A DNA stretch of 64,000 nucleotides, taken from positions 1,024,001-1,088,000 of the forward strand of contig OY969814.1 of the NCBI GenBank assembly GCA_963703345.1, read 5' to 3'. The number at the start of each line of letters is the position of its first letter. Position 1 is the first letter of the stretch. The position numbers and the translations under genes were made by a program. Below the pieces are notes generated by a model that did not search any database, was not told the DNA's origin, and saw only the letters and a program-made list of their open reading frames with translations. This document shows positions 17,327-28,188 of the stretch, piece after piece. The DNA is from an uncultured Chloroflexia bacterium (GTDB lineage Bacteria > Chloroflexota > Dehalococcoidia > DSTF01 > JALHUB01).

Positions 17327-18790
17327 TCACCCGCCCCAGCCGCCGCTGCCGGTGGAAGGCGGCAGGATTTCAGCGGAAGGCGGCGCAGACTCCGCGCGGG
17401 AAGGCAGCTGTGGCGACGGTGACTCGGGAGCCGACGAGTTTGCCCCCTCGCAACGCAGCAACACCGGTTCTTCCATGTCCCCCGCCGTCACCACGACCGG
17501 TACACCCTGAAGAACTCCCGACAGAGGAGTGACGGTCGCGACGGCCACGCCATCAACCGTCTTCGCAGTCCTCGGCATCGCAACGCCCAGTGCCTTGATG
17601 TCAAAATGCACCTCATTGCCGTTGACCACCGGATTGCCCTCGGCATCAGTGACGGCCACAGACACCGTCGAGCTGGCGGCGCCGTCACAGACAAGGTTCC
17701 CCGGTTCCAAAGCGATCTTGAGGTTCGCGGGCGGGCCTCTGACCGTAAACTGGACATGTTTGTGGCTGATTTCGGCCATCGGATCCAGTTCAAAGGGACA
17801 TTCACCGCTTTCGTAGCAGAGGCTGCCGTCCAGGCGCGCCGTTAGGGGGACGGTCCCGGCGGTGACGGTCACGCTGCCGGTCTCGTCCGTACCGCAGAGA
17901 ACGTTCGCTGTGACGATTCCCAGATTACCCATATCGAGCGTAGGCGTAGGGGAATCGGCAACGATTCCCCTACGCCGGTCATCTGTCTTCCAGTCGATAA
18001 AGGCGCCGGCCACCGCAGTGCCCTCCTTGTCGAAGGCCCGCGCGAGGATGACGGTCTTCTCGGGGAGCGGCAGCGCGTCGGCAAAGCCGCTGGTTGTGGT
18101 CTCCAAAGGACAAGTGTCGGCATCAAGCCCCGTCTGAATGGCGTTCTCCGCCGTGACGACCTCTACTCTGCGGGGCTCACCGACGACGGTGAAATCCAGA
18201 CTGGCCGTGCGATTTCCCTGGCTTACGGTGACCGTCCCCGGGCCAAGGTTCGATGTCTGAGGACATGTTCCCGCTGCCGGATTGCCGTCCGCGCAAGGCC
18301 AGAGCCAGGCAACCACGACACCGTCATCCCGTACGCCATCGCCGTCGCAGTCCTCGTCCTGGCTATCGCATACCCATTCGCGGCCCTCATCGCCCCATAG
18401 GGCCGTGCTGTCAAACATGCCCGCGCTCGTCTTGAACGTCACAGGCTCATCACTCTTCACGAATGCCAGGATGAATAGCTGTCCGTCCTTGTTGTGCATC
18501 TGGTTTGCGTCCAAGTCGATTGCCGCGAAGTCATCCGGCTTGAGAGGGGGAGCGCTATCGGGGTTCGCCAGTGCGGCGACGCTCTGGAGGCTCAGCGGGA
18601 GATTCATTGAGTAGCAGTCGAGAGGGATAGGAGTGTTGTCCTTCATAAGCAGCGCGAGGCAGATTGAGGGTGACAGCGCCAGGAGTTCGGGCGATCTAGC
18701 CGCTTCCCCTGTCCCCAGCCCGGGCAATCCTCCGAGAAAGACGGCGCCCGACACGGCCAGAGACACCGCGACACGCTTACAGAGTCTCAT
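17327..18790 (-). CDS. Secreted protein with Ig-like/invasin-type domains
   Basis: Signal-like N-terminus, VSVAVTDAEGNPVVNGNEVHF Ig-like motif, C-terminal PPSTG. Confidence 0.7.
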   Translation of the reverse strand: MRLCKRVAVSLAVSGAVFLGGLPGLGTGEAARSPELLALSPSICLALLMKDNTPIPLDCYSMNLPLSLQSVAALANPDSAPPLKPDDFAAIDLDANQMHNKDGQLFILAFVKSDEPVTFKTSAGMFDSTALWGDEGREWVCDSQDEDCDGDGVRDDGVVVAWLWPCADGNPAAGTCPQTSNLGPGTVTVSQGNRTASLDFTVVGEPRRVEVVTAENAIQTGLDADTCPLETTTSGFADALPLPEKTVILARAFDKEGTAVAGAFIDWKTDDRRRGIVADSPTPTLDMGNLGIVTANVLCGTDETGSVTVTAGTVPLTARLDGSLCYESGECPFELDPMAEISHKHVQFTVRGPPANLKIALEPGNLVCDGAASSTVSVAVTDAEGNPVVNGNEVHFDIKALGVAMPRTAKTVDGVAVATVTPLSGVLQGVPVVVTAGDMEEPVLLRCEGANSSAPESPSPQLPSRAESAPPSAEILPPSTGSGGWGG

Positions 18791-18914
18791 GAGACAGATC
18801 CCTTGCAAAAGCTTTCATGCCTCGCCCAGTGGCGGTCCTCCTCGTTGCTGGATGGCACGCCTCGCTCGCGGCTCGATCTTCGCCGTTCCCGGCGAGCGCG
18901 CCTAGCGGCTCGTC

Positions 18915-21900
18915 TCACCCTGGTCCCCCTATCGACTGCAGCAGCCCTTCGATTTGCCGCCGCACATCGGGGATTTCGACGAGCTTGCGAGCCTCGTCGA
19001 TCTCCGCCCGCGCGTCATCAAGGTGACCCTGCGCCTGGGACAGGAGCGCTCGGTGATAGTACAGCTCAGCGCCCGCCTCCGGAGGAAGCGTCTCAAGGCC
19101 GCGCAGCGCCTCATCGAGGTCCGCCGCCGCACGTTGATAATCGCCGAGCACAAAGTACGCATACCCGCGTCGGTCATAACCCGGCGTGTACGTTGGGTCG
19201 AGTGCGAGCGCCGCATTGATGTCCTCCAACCCAAGTTGGACCTGGCCAGAATCAACGTAGGCCTGCCCTCGGCTGCTCAGCAGATAAGCAGTCGGCTGTC
19301 CCTCCTGTAGCAGCGTGGTGGCGTCTTCTATCGCGGTTTCGTACTGTCCTGAGTAGCGGGCGACATACAGGCGGGTGTAGAGCTCGCTCTGATCTAGCTC
19401 TACAGCGCGGTTCGCATCGGCCATCGCTTCCGGCTTGAGGTCAAGGTACAGGCGCGCGATGGCTCGATTGCTGTAGGCGCCGGCCTTGTCAGAGTCGAGG
19501 GCGATAGCCTGCGACAGGTCCGACTCCGCCTCCTGATAACGACCCATGTCTCTGTAAGCAGTGCCCCGGTTGAGCCACACGGTTGCGTTGCCTGGCTGAA
19601 TCGCTAGTTGCTTTGTCGTATATTCAACCGCGGCCCCGTAGTCACCGCGACTGAACGCTATGTCCGTGAGTTCGTCGAGGGAGACCATATGGTCCGGGTT
19701 CAGCTCAAGAACACGCTGGCAGTCGGGCTCAGCCCGCTCGTAGTCTTTGACAGCAGCAAGAGCCAGACAGCGGACGAAATAGGCGTCCCAGGCTTCGGAA
19801 CCAGCAGGGAGAGGCTGAGTTGCTGCGTCGAAATCCGCGGCAGCGGAAGTCAGATCCCCCTGCTTTGCTTCCGCCCATGCTCGAATGGCATGACCGGCTG
19901 GATGGTCAGGCCGCAGCTCTACGAGGCGATCGCCGTCAGCCTTGGCAGCTTCTAGATCGCCCTCTTGTATCAGCACGCGGCCTCGCGCCAGGTAGCTGGC
20001 AGGGAACCCGTCATCAAGCTCTATCGCCCGGTCAAGATCGACGCGTGCATGTTCGAAATCGCCTTCGGCCAGGTAGCGCTCGCCCCGCAAATAGTAGGCC
20101 ATGCTCACGTCTGGGAATATCTTGACCAGTCGATTGAAAGCTCCAATGTTCCCCGGCGTGTCGACCTCGTTCGCGGAGACTATGACCGCCTGCCTCATTC
20201 CAAACCAGACCACAAGCCCGAAGACTATCGCCAAGATCAGCGGCACCTCGAATCCAAAGAGGCCGAGGTGGCGGACGGCTATCTTCGCGCGCAGCCGACG
20301 GCTGGCCAGCGACGTGGCGACCACGCCGGCAGCCATCGCCGCTGACGCAGCAACCAGGACACCGGCGAACAGTCCCGGCGATAGACCCACTTGCGCGCCA
20401 GCATCTGGCAATACGCGAAACTGGTAACACGTCAGCAACGCCCAGGCTAGTGCCCCGCCGCCGGCTACCAGCAACCCCAGTTGCCGCACAGAAGCCCAGC
20501 GCCGTCCCTCTTCGATCTGGCGCGGGCCCAAAGGCGTCCGGCGAACGCTCGCCCAGCCTCGTGCCTGCGACCGCAGCAGCGCTGTCCAGGCAACGGCCAC
20601 GAGGAGAGTGCCGATGACGACAGCGATTACCAGTGAGTGGTCACCAAGCAACAGCCGCAGCGTTGCCGCGCCAACGTACATCGACGATAGCCGATCGAGC
20701 GCACCGAACCGCAGCAGTCCGACGAGCGCCCCGAACCCTAGGAGAACCGACGCCAGGCCCAACAACCAGCCGCTCAACGCCACACGGATGAGAAGTGGCA
20801 GGGAGACCTTCCGACGCATCAGGATCGGCACTGCCAGGTGCGCAAAAGCGATCCCCGCGAGAAGCAAGGGCAGCCCTCCCAGGGCGACGGCCAGCAGCAC
20901 CGACGAGAGATTGAAATCGATTACCTCAAGGGGCAGGCCGAGCGTAAGCAAATTGGGTTGCGGGCGGCGGGTTGCGAAAAGCAGGAACTCGGGGAGAACC
21001 AGCAGCAGCGCAAGCGATGCCTGGACCGCCGCCGCCGCCGCGCGGGTCACTCCCGCGGGCCGCCTGTGGCCGCTATACACTCCTGCTAGAGAAGCCATAT
21101 TCAAGAGGCGGCTGGCAGTCCGGCGATAATTCCTCGCCTCCGAGGGCGCTTGCAGTCTGTCGGCGCGCTCTCCGGCAGCCAGGTAGTATGCTGCGGCCCG
21201 CTCCGTGTGCCCGGCTTCGCGATAGTGGAAAGCCATCTGTTCCGGCTCTACCTCTATTCCTTCCTCTCGCACCAGCTCCAGGGATTCCGCTGCCCTCAGG
21301 TGCAGTTCCGCACGCTTGCGCCGCAGCACCGCCTCATAGAGCGCCTGCTGCACTACAGAGTGCCGGAATCGGTAGCCACGGTGATCGGTGCCGGGCAGCT
21401 CGTCGAGCAACCCGACTTCGCACAGTTGGGCCAGAGACTCGTGCAGCCGTTCGCTGACTGTCGCGACTATCTTCAACGGTTCCTCGTAGAACATCTGCCC
21501 AAAGATACTCGCGTCCAGGAGTAGCTGGCGGCTCGTTTCGTCCAGCTCGTCAACGCGGGCGACCACCGCCGTTTCAAGGGACTCGGGAAGGCGCGCTTCT
21601 TCGGGTGCCGCAATGGCGGCGGCCGCAAGCAGCTCCAAGTAGAGGGGATTTCCACCCGCCTGCGAGAGAATATCCGTTGCTCTTTCCACGGATACCCCGG
21701 GAGCGGCGGCGAGCACTAATCCGCGTGCCTCCTCCTCGGCAAGAGGCTCCAGCGTGATGGAGTCCTCCGTGGGCAAACGGTGGAGCTGGCGACCCTTGGG
21801 CTGCCGGAGCAGCACACTCAGCACCGGCAACGCAGCCAGGCGTGGCAAGAGCTTCTGGACCACAGCGACGGTGGCGCCGTCGGCGCGGTGCATGTCATCG

Positions 21901-22907
21901 AGAACGAAGGCAACGGGGCCGTTTCTCGTCAGCGCTTCGATTACTTCGGCCAGCCCATCGACCAGCCAACCGGGCTCAACCTCAGGGACCTCCGCCAGCT
22001 CGTGGGCGCGCGCCAGCGCCTCCAGCCGCTCGCGGAAACTCGGCGCCAGGTTGTCCCTCAGGGAAGGAAGCAGCTGCAACAACGGTCCAAACGTCCGAGG
22101 TGGCGTATCCGCGCGAGCGTAGAGGATCTGCTCGGGAGCTGTCCCGGCCATCGCGAAGTGATGCGCCAGTAGTCTCGTCTTACCGACGCCGGCCTCTCCA
22201 ACGACTTGCAGCACGCGCGCGGGCCCCGCTTTGGTCGCGGACCATAACTCCCGTATACGCCGCAAGTACTGCTCGCGACCCACGAAGGGCGTCTCGCTCG
22301 GCGCGGGGACCAGCCCGATGTGGGCCGGGGCCAGCGCTTCCACGCCGTAACAGATGACCGGCTCTGCGCGGCCTTTGACGGTGAGCTCGCGTCCATTGCC
22401 CCACTGGAACCGACGACGCGCCAGACGCCGGGTCATGTCGCCCACCATCACTGCGCCCGGCTGGGCCGCCTTCTCCAAACGCGCGGCGACGTTCACGGCA
22501 TCGCCCGTGACCGTGTACCCACCCGGGCCGACCGCGCCGGTCACCACAAGCCCGGTGTTGATCCCGATCCTAATGCTCAATCCATGGCCGAGTCGTTCGG
22601 TGAGCTGCGGCGTCAGATCGTCGAGCGCATGGTGCATCGCCAGCGCTGCCGCCACCGCCTTGCCGGCGTCGTCCTCCTGCGCCTTTGGAGCGCCGAAGAG
22701 CGCCATTATCTCGTCGCCGACGACCTTGTTAACGTAGCCACCGAACCGTTTGATCTCGGCGGAAAGGCGGTCGAAGCAGATACTCAACGTGGATTGAACC
22801 AGCTCGGGGTCGCGCGTCTCGGAGACGGACGTGTAGCCGACCAGGTCAGCGAAGAGGATCGTTACGAGCCTGCGCTCTTGCGGATGGTCTGCACGCTCTT
22901 GGCTCAT
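18915..22907 (-). CDS. Class III adenylate/guanylate cyclase + STAND-type ATPase + multi-TM + TPR protein
   Basis: LFADLVGYT, VGDEIMALFGAP, IGINTG and GDAVNVAARL cyclase motifs; FVGRE, GEAGVGKT, LDDMHRAD and GGNPLYL; about 7 TM segments; C-terminal TPRs. Start uncertain. Confidence 0.88.
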   Translation of the reverse strand: MSQERADHPQERRLVTILFADLVGYTSVSETRDPELVQSTLSICFDRLSAEIKRFGGYVNKVVGDEIMALFGAPKAQEDDAGKAVAAALAMHHALDDLTPQLTERLGHGLSIRIGINTGLVVTGAVGPGGYTVTGDAVNVAARLEKAAQPGAVMVGDMTRRLARRRFQWGNGRELTVKGRAEPVICYGVEALAPAHIGLVPAPSETPFVGREQYLRRIRELWSATKAGPARVLQVVGEAGVGKTRLLAHHFAMAGTAPEQILYARADTPPRTFGPLLQLLPSLRDNLAPSFRERLEALARAHELAEVPEVEPGWLVDGLAEVIEALTRNGPVAFVLDDMHRADGATVAVVQKLLPRLAALPVLSVLLRQPKGRQLHRLPTEDSITLEPLAEEEARGLVLAAAPGVSVERATDILSQAGGNPLYLELLAAAAIAAPEEARLPESLETAVVARVDELDETSRQLLLDASIFGQMFYEEPLKIVATVSERLHESLAQLCEVGLLDELPGTDHRGYRFRHSVVQQALYEAVLRRKRAELHLRAAESLELVREEGIEVEPEQMAFHYREAGHTERAAAYYLAAGERADRLQAPSEARNYRRTASRLLNMASLAGVYSGHRRPAGVTRAAAAAVQASLALLLVLPEFLLFATRRPQPNLLTLGLPLEVIDFNLSSVLLAVALGGLPLLLAGIAFAHLAVPILMRRKVSLPLLIRVALSGWLLGLASVLLGFGALVGLLRFGALDRLSSMYVGAATLRLLLGDHSLVIAVVIGTLLVAVAWTALLRSQARGWASVRRTPLGPRQIEEGRRWASVRQLGLLVAGGGALAWALLTCYQFRVLPDAGAQVGLSPGLFAGVLVAASAAMAAGVVATSLASRRLRAKIAVRHLGLFGFEVPLILAIVFGLVVWFGMRQAVIVSANEVDTPGNIGAFNRLVKIFPDVSMAYYLRGERYLAEGDFEHARVDLDRAIELDDGFPASYLARGRVLIQEGDLEAAKADGDRLVELRPDHPAGHAIRAWAEAKQGDLTSAAADFDAATQPLPAGSEAWDAYFVRCLALAAVKDYERAEPDCQRVLELNPDHMVSLDELTDIAFSRGDYGAAVEYTTKQLAIQPGNATVWLNRGTAYRDMGRYQEAESDLSQAIALDSDKAGAYSNRAIARLYLDLKPEAMADANRAVELDQSELYTRLYVARYSGQYETAIEDATTLLQEGQPTAYLLSSRGQAYVDSGQVQLGLEDINAALALDPTYTPGYDRRGYAYFVLGDYQRAAADLDEALRGLETLPPEAGAELYYHRALLSQAQGHLDDARAEIDEARKLVEIPDVRRQIEGLLQSIGGPG

Positions 22908-23003
22908 CTGGGCTGTCCGGAGTGAACCCCAAGCCGGCATGGGACGGGCGAAGAATCGAGAGTAACTATACCACAGCCTTGCCAATTTGTAACACGAATC
23001 CTC

Positions 23004-23031
23004 TTGACAGAATGCATGAGGGTGCTATAAT
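23004..23031 (+). promoter_or_regulatory. Consensus sigma70 promoter
   Basis: TTGACA-16bp-TATAAT with an extended -10 TG, upstream of the large surface protein. Confidence 0.75.
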
Positions 23032-23112
23032 TCTGTCCGCATCCCCCCGTCCTCGAAGGTGGTGGCTCACCTAGGCACGTTAGGGCCCCTTGTGGCGGGC
23101 AAAGGGGATCCC

Positions 23113-26100
23113 ATGGACAGCAGGACGCTTCCAGCGGCCAAAGTTACGGGCAAGATGCCTTCCGAAGCCTCAGGCGGGCGGATTAGGCGCCGATTCCTCG
23201 CGCCCTTGCGATTCCGCATTTCGGCTTCATCCACGCGCGGGCGGCTGCACATAGCCGCGGCGCTCGTGCTCGCGCTGCTGGCGGGGATCCTGCTCACCGA
23301 CGGCGCCGCCGCGGCCACACCCACCCCCGACGCCACCTCCATCCCCACACCCACCCCCGTCGCCACCTCCATCCCCACACCCGCACACGAGGGCACCATC
23401 GTGACCCTTGACACCGTAGGAGATGTGGGCCAGTACACCTCGCTGAAGCTGGACGCCGGCGGCAGGCCCGTGGTCAGCTACTACGACGCCACCAAAGGCG
23501 ACCTGAAGGTGCTGCACTGCGGCTATGCCGATTGCTCCGCCGGCAACGTCATCACCTCTCCCGACACGGCGGGCGATGTGGGCCGGTACACGTCGCTGGT
23601 TCTGGACGCCGCCGACAAGCCGGTAGTCAGCTACTACGACGTGACCAACGGCAACCTGAAGGTGCTCCACTGCGGCAACGCCAACTGCACGGCCGGGGCC
23701 GGCAACGTCATCACCTCTCCCGACACGGCAGGCGATGTGGGCCAGCACACCTCGCTGGTGCTGGACGCCGCCGGCTTCCCGGTGGTCAGCTACGACGACG
23801 TGACTAACGGCAACCTGAAGGTGTTGCACTGCGGCAACGCCAACTGCACCGCCGGCAATAGCATCAGCTCTCCCGATACGGCACCGCTGGTCGCCACCGT
23901 AGCGGCCGGAACTCACCCCTGGGGCGTTGCCGTCAACCCCAGCACGAACCGCATCTACGTGGTGAACGAATACAGCAACAACATCTCCGTCATCGACGGC
24001 GCCGGCAACACGGTCGTCGGCACCCCCGTACCGGTCGGGAGTTACCCCTTAGGCGTGACCGTCAACCCCACCACGAACCGCATCTACGTGGCAAACAGTG
24101 GCAGCAACAACGTCACCGTCATCAACGGCGCCACCAACACCGTCGTCGGCACCCCCGTGCCGGTCGGGAGTCACCCTGTAGGCGTGGCCGTCAACCCCAG
24201 CACGAACCGCATCTACGTGGCGAACTCGCACGACAACAACGTCTCCGTCATCGACGGCGGCAGCAACAGCGTCGTCGGCACCCCCGTGCCGGTCGGGAGT
24301 TGGCCCGAGGGCGTGGCCGTCAACCCCAGCACGAACCGCATCTACGTGTCGAACGATAACAGCAACAACCTCACCGTCATCGACGGCGCCACCAACACCG
24401 TCGTCGGCACCCCCGTGCCGGTCGGGAGTTGGCCCGAGGGCGTGGCCGTCAACCCCAGCACGAACCGCATCTACGTGGCGAACTATGGCAGCAACAGCGT
24501 CTCCGTGATCGACGGCGCCAGCAACACGCTGGTCGGTACCCCCGTACCGGTCGGCACTAACCCCGGCGACGTGGCCGTCAACCCCAGCGCGAACCTCATC
24601 TACGTCGCGAATGAGGGCAGCAACAACGTCACCGTCATCGACGGCGCCAGCAACACCGTCGTCGGCACCCCCGTGCCGGTCGGGAGTTCCCCCGAGGGCG
24701 AGGGCGTGGCCGTCAACCCCAACACGAACCTCATCTACGTGGCGAACTACAGCAGCAACAACGTGTCCGTCATCAATGGCGCCAGCACCGGCGATGTCGG
24801 CCAGCACACCTCGCTGGTTCTGGACGCCGGCGGCAACCCTGTGGTCAGCTATTACGACAGCACCAACGGCGACCTGAAGGTGCTGCACTGCGGCAACGCC
24901 AACTGCACCGCCGAACCCGTCAGCCAGGTCAGTGCGGGCGACATGCACACCTGCGGGGTGAAGACGGACGGCACCCTGGCCTGCTGGGGGGCCAACACCG
25001 TCGGGCAGGCGAGCCCACCCGCCGGCACCTTCAGCCAGGTCAGCGCGGGCGGTGGTTTCACCTGCGGCGTGAGGACGGACGGCACCCTGGCCTGCTGGGG
25101 GGTCAACAACTTCGGGCAGACAAGTCCCCTCCCCGCCGGCACCTTCAGCCAGGTCAGCGCGGGCACTTTCCACACCTGCGCGGTGAAGACAGACGGCACC
25201 CTAGCCTGCTGGGGGCACAACGGCAACGGGCAGGCGAGCCCACCCGCCGGCACCTTCAGCCAGGTCAGCGCGGGCGGTTTCCACACCTGCGGGCTCAGGA
25301 CGGACGGCACCGTGGCCTGCTGGGGGTGGTACGACGACTATGGGCCGCCGACGGCCCCCGCCGGCACCTTCAGCCAGGTCAGCGCGGGCTACGGTCACAC
25401 CTGCGGGGTGAAGACGGACGGCACCCTGGCCTGCTGGGGGGACGACACCTACCACCAGACGGAGGCCCCGGGCGGCACCTTCAGCCAGGTCAGCGCGGGC
25501 TGGGGCCACACCTGCGGGGTGAAGACGGACGGCAGCCTGGCCTGCTGGGGGGACAACAGCTACGGGCAGTTGAACAACATCCCCACCGGCACCTTCAGCC
25601 AGGTCGACGCGGGCGGCTATCACACCTGCGGGGTGAAGACGGACGGCACCCTGGCCTGCTGGGGGTGGAACGCCTACCCCCAGGCGACGCCCCCCGCCGC
25701 CGACAGCATCACCTCTCCCGATACGGCAGGCGATGTGGGACAGTACACCTCGCTTGCCCTGGACGCCGGCGGCAACCCCGTGGTCAGCTATTTCGACGAG
25801 AACAACGGCTACCTCAAGGTGCTGCACTGCGCCGACGCCGGCTGCACCGCCGGCACCTTCAGCCAGGTCAGCACGGGCTACGAGTTCACCTGCGGAGTGA
25901 AGACGGACGGCAGCCTGGCCTGCTGGGGGGACAACTCCTACGGGCAGACGGCGCCCCTCCCCACCGGCGCCTTCAGCCAGGTCAGCGCGGGCCTCTATCA
26001 CACCTGCGGGGTGAAGGCGGACGGCAGCCTGGCCTGCTGGGGATGGAACAACTACGGGCAGTCAACACCGCCCGACGGCGCCTTCACCCAGGTTAGCGCG

Positions 26101-28188
26101 GGTACACGTCACACTTGTGGGGTGAAGACGGATGGTACGCTGGCCTGCTGGGGGTGGAACCTCTACGGGCAGGCGCCTCCATCGCCCTTCCCCAACGACA
26201 CCTTCAGCCAGGTCAGCGCGGGCGGCGACTACACCTGCGGACTGAAGACGGACGGCAGCCTGGCCTGCTGGGGGATCAACAACTTCGGGCAGTTGAACAA
26301 CATCCCCACCGGCACCTTCAGCCAGGTCAGCGCGGGCGGCGACCACACCTGCGGGGTGAGGACGGACGGGACCCTGGCCTGCTGGGGATACAACTACTAT
26401 GGGCAGGCGACACCACCCAGCGGCACCTTCAGCCGGGTCAGCGCGGGCGACGTGCACACCTGCGGGCTGAGGACGGACGGCACCCTGGCCTGCTGGGGGT
26501 GGAACGCCTACGGGCAGTCAACGCCCCCCGCCGGCACCTTCAGCCAGGTCAGCGCGGGCTTAGAGTACACCTGCGGGTTGAGGACGGACGGGACCCTGGC
26601 CTGCTGGGGGTGGAACCAGGCGACGCCCCCCGCCGCCGACAGCATCACCTCTCCCGACACAACAGGCAACGTGGGCCAGTACACCTCGCTCGCGCTAGAC
26701 ACCTCAGGCAACCCCGTGGTCAGCTACTACGAGGCCCCCGACGGCGGCGGCGGCCTGAAGGTGCTGCACTGCGGCGATGCCGACTGCGCCACCGGCAACA
26801 GCATCACCTCCCCCGACACAACAGGCGATGTGGGCGAGTACACGTCGCTGGCCCTGGGCGCCGGCGGCTACCCCGTGGTCAGCTACTACGACCACAACAA
26901 CGGCGACCTGAAGGTACTGCACTCCGACACCCCGACCGGCGGGCCGCCCATCATCAGCACCATGGCCGGCAAAAACGGCACAGCAGGCTTCGTTGACGGC
27001 GCCACAGCAGACTCGCGGTTCGACTCCCCGCATGGCATGACAGAATCGGCGGATGGAAACCTCCTGGTAGCCGACACGAGTAACGACGCGATCCGCAAGA
27101 TAGACGCTGCGACGGGGAGCGTCAGCACCGTCGCCGGTATCCCGCCGGGCGGCAGCGCTGGCTGCGTGGGCCACACGTCGCCGCCCTACGACGGCTGTCT
27201 GGCGATAAACGCGACTCTCTCTGCACCTAGGGATGTCTTCGATCTAAACCCGCCGGGTGACACCTACATTGCGGATACGGGCGACAACCGCATCCGCAAG
27301 GTAGACGGAGCGGGCGTCATCACCACCGTCGCCGGCAACGGTACCCCAGGGTACACCGGAGACGACGTTCTGGCGACTGCTACCGAACTGAACGGCCCCA
27401 GCGGCGTCGCCGTCGACTCCGCAGGCAACATCTACATCGCCGATACGGGGAACAACCGCATCCGCAAGGTAGACGCGGCAACCAGCATTATCACCACCAT
27501 CGTCGGCAACGGCAGCGGCTGTGACGCGAACCACACAGCGCCTTACGATGGCTGCCTGGCGACTCAAGCCACGCTCAGCAGCCCACGCGACGTTTTTCCC
27601 TGGGGCTCAATGTACGCGGGAACGACCGACCTGCTCATCGCCGACACGGGCAACAACGTCGTCCGCTGGGTCCATGGCCCTTCCGGCCTGATCGGTACCC
27701 TTGCCGGCACGGGAAGCCCCGGTTTCTCCGGCGACGGCGTTGCCGTTCAGGTCAAGCTCGACGGCCCGGAGGCGGTGGCGTCCGATGGTTCCCTCGCTGT
27801 CCTCATCGCCGATACTCAGAACAACCGCCTGCGCCGCGTCACCTTCGGTGATGCCACCATCACCACCGTCGCCGGCGGCGGCAGCGGCTGCGATGCGAAT
27901 CAGACGGCGCCCTACGACGGCTGCCCGGCGACGGACGCTGTCCTCGATCATCCAGCGGGAGTCGCTCTCGGGAGTTGCCAGACGTCGGACACCGGCAGTC
28001 AGGCTATCCGCGGGATAGATTCCTGCACCGGGTTGCCGGTCGGCGGCTTCACCGGGTCCACGGGTTGCACATACGGCACCACTGCAACCATCGACTTGGC
28101 CTTCATGCTCTTACCCCTCGGACTAATCCTCAGCCGAAGGCGGATTCGGATTGCGTTTAGACAGATTCGGAGGGTGGGAAGGCCATGA
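23113..28188 (+). CDS. Large cell-surface multi-beta-propeller protein (YVTN, RCC1-like and NHL repeats; C-terminal TM)
   Basis: Signal-like segment; 7 YVTN-type repeats, 2x7 RCC1-like repeats, 7 '[21 protein letters not shown]' repeats, NHL repeats, then TM + basic tail. AAAGGGGA RBS before ATG 23113. Confidence 0.9.
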   Translation: MDSRTLPAAKVTGKMPSEASGGRIRRRFLAPLRFRISASSTRGRLHIAAALVLALLAGILLTDGAAAATPTPDATSIPTPTPVATSIPTPAHEGTIVTLDTVGDVGQYTSLKLDAGGRPVVSYYDATKGDLKVLHCGYADCSAGNVITSPDTAGDVGRYTSLVLDAADKPVVSYYDVTNGNLKVLHCGNANCTAGAGNVITSPDTAGDVGQHTSLVLDAAGFPVVSYDDVTNGNLKVLHCGNANCTAGNSISSPDTAPLVATVAAGTHPWGVAVNPSTNRIYVVNEYSNNISVIDGAGNTVVGTPVPVGSYPLGVTVNPTTNRIYVANSGSNNVTVINGATNTVVGTPVPVGSHPVGVAVNPSTNRIYVANSHDNNVSVIDGGSNSVVGTPVPVGSWPEGVAVNPSTNRIYVSNDNSNNLTVIDGATNTVVGTPVPVGSWPEGVAVNPSTNRIYVANYGSNSVSVIDGASNTLVGTPVPVGTNPGDVAVNPSANLIYVANEGSNNVTVIDGASNTVVGTPVPVGSSPEGEGVAVNPNTNLIYVANYSSNNVSVINGASTGDVGQHTSLVLDAGGNPVVSYYDSTNGDLKVLHCGNANCTAEPVSQVSAGDMHTCGVKTDGTLACWGANTVGQASPPAGTFSQVSAGGGFTCGVRTDGTLACWGVNNFGQTSPLPAGTFSQVSAGTFHTCAVKTDGTLACWGHNGNGQASPPAGTFSQVSAGGFHTCGLRTDGTVACWGWYDDYGPPTAPAGTFSQVSAGYGHTCGVKTDGTLACWGDDTYHQTEAPGGTFSQVSAGWGHTCGVKTDGSLACWGDNSYGQLNNIPTGTFSQVDAGGYHTCGVKTDGTLACWGWNAYPQATPPAADSITSPDTAGDVGQYTSLALDAGGNPVVSYFDENNGYLKVLHCADAGCTAGTFSQVSTGYEFTCGVKTDGSLACWGDNSYGQTAPLPTGAFSQVSAGLYHTCGVKADGSLACWGWNNYGQSTPPDGAFTQVSAGTRHTCGVKTDGTLACWGWNLYGQAPPSPFPNDTFSQVSAGGDYTCGLKTDGSLACWGINNFGQLNNIPTGTFSQVSAGGDHTCGVRTDGTLACWGYNYYGQATPPSGTFSRVSAGDVHTCGLRTDGTLACWGWNAYGQSTPPAGTFSQVSAGLEYTCGLRTDGTLACWGWNQATPPAADSITSPDTTGNVGQYTSLALDTSGNPVVSYYEAPDGGGGLKVLHCGDADCATGNSITSPDTTGDVGEYTSLALGAGGYPVVSYYDHNNGDLKVLHSDTPTGGPPIISTMAGKNGTAGFVDGATADSRFDSPHGMTESADGNLLVADTSNDAIRKIDAATGSVSTVAGIPPGGSAGCVGHTSPPYDGCLAINATLSAPRDVFDLNPPGDTYIADTGDNRIRKVDGAGVITTVAGNGTPGYTGDDVLATATELNGPSGVAVDSAGNIYIADTGNNRIRKVDAATSIITTIVGNGSGCDANHTAPYDGCLATQATLSSPRDVFPWGSMYAGTTDLLIADTGNNVVRWVHGPSGLIGTLAGTGSPGFSGDGVAVQVKLDGPEAVASDGSLAVLIADTQNNRLRRVTFGDATITTVAGGGSGCDANQTAPYDGCPATDAVLDHPAGVALGSCQTSDTGSQAIRGIDSCTGLPVGGFTGSTGCTYGTTATIDLAFMLLPLGLILSRRRIRIAFRQIRRVGRP

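Noticed and set aside
24900-26640. Diversity-generating retroelement target
   Set aside because: No reverse transcriptase or non-coding template repeat in the window, and variation is not restricted to adenine positions.
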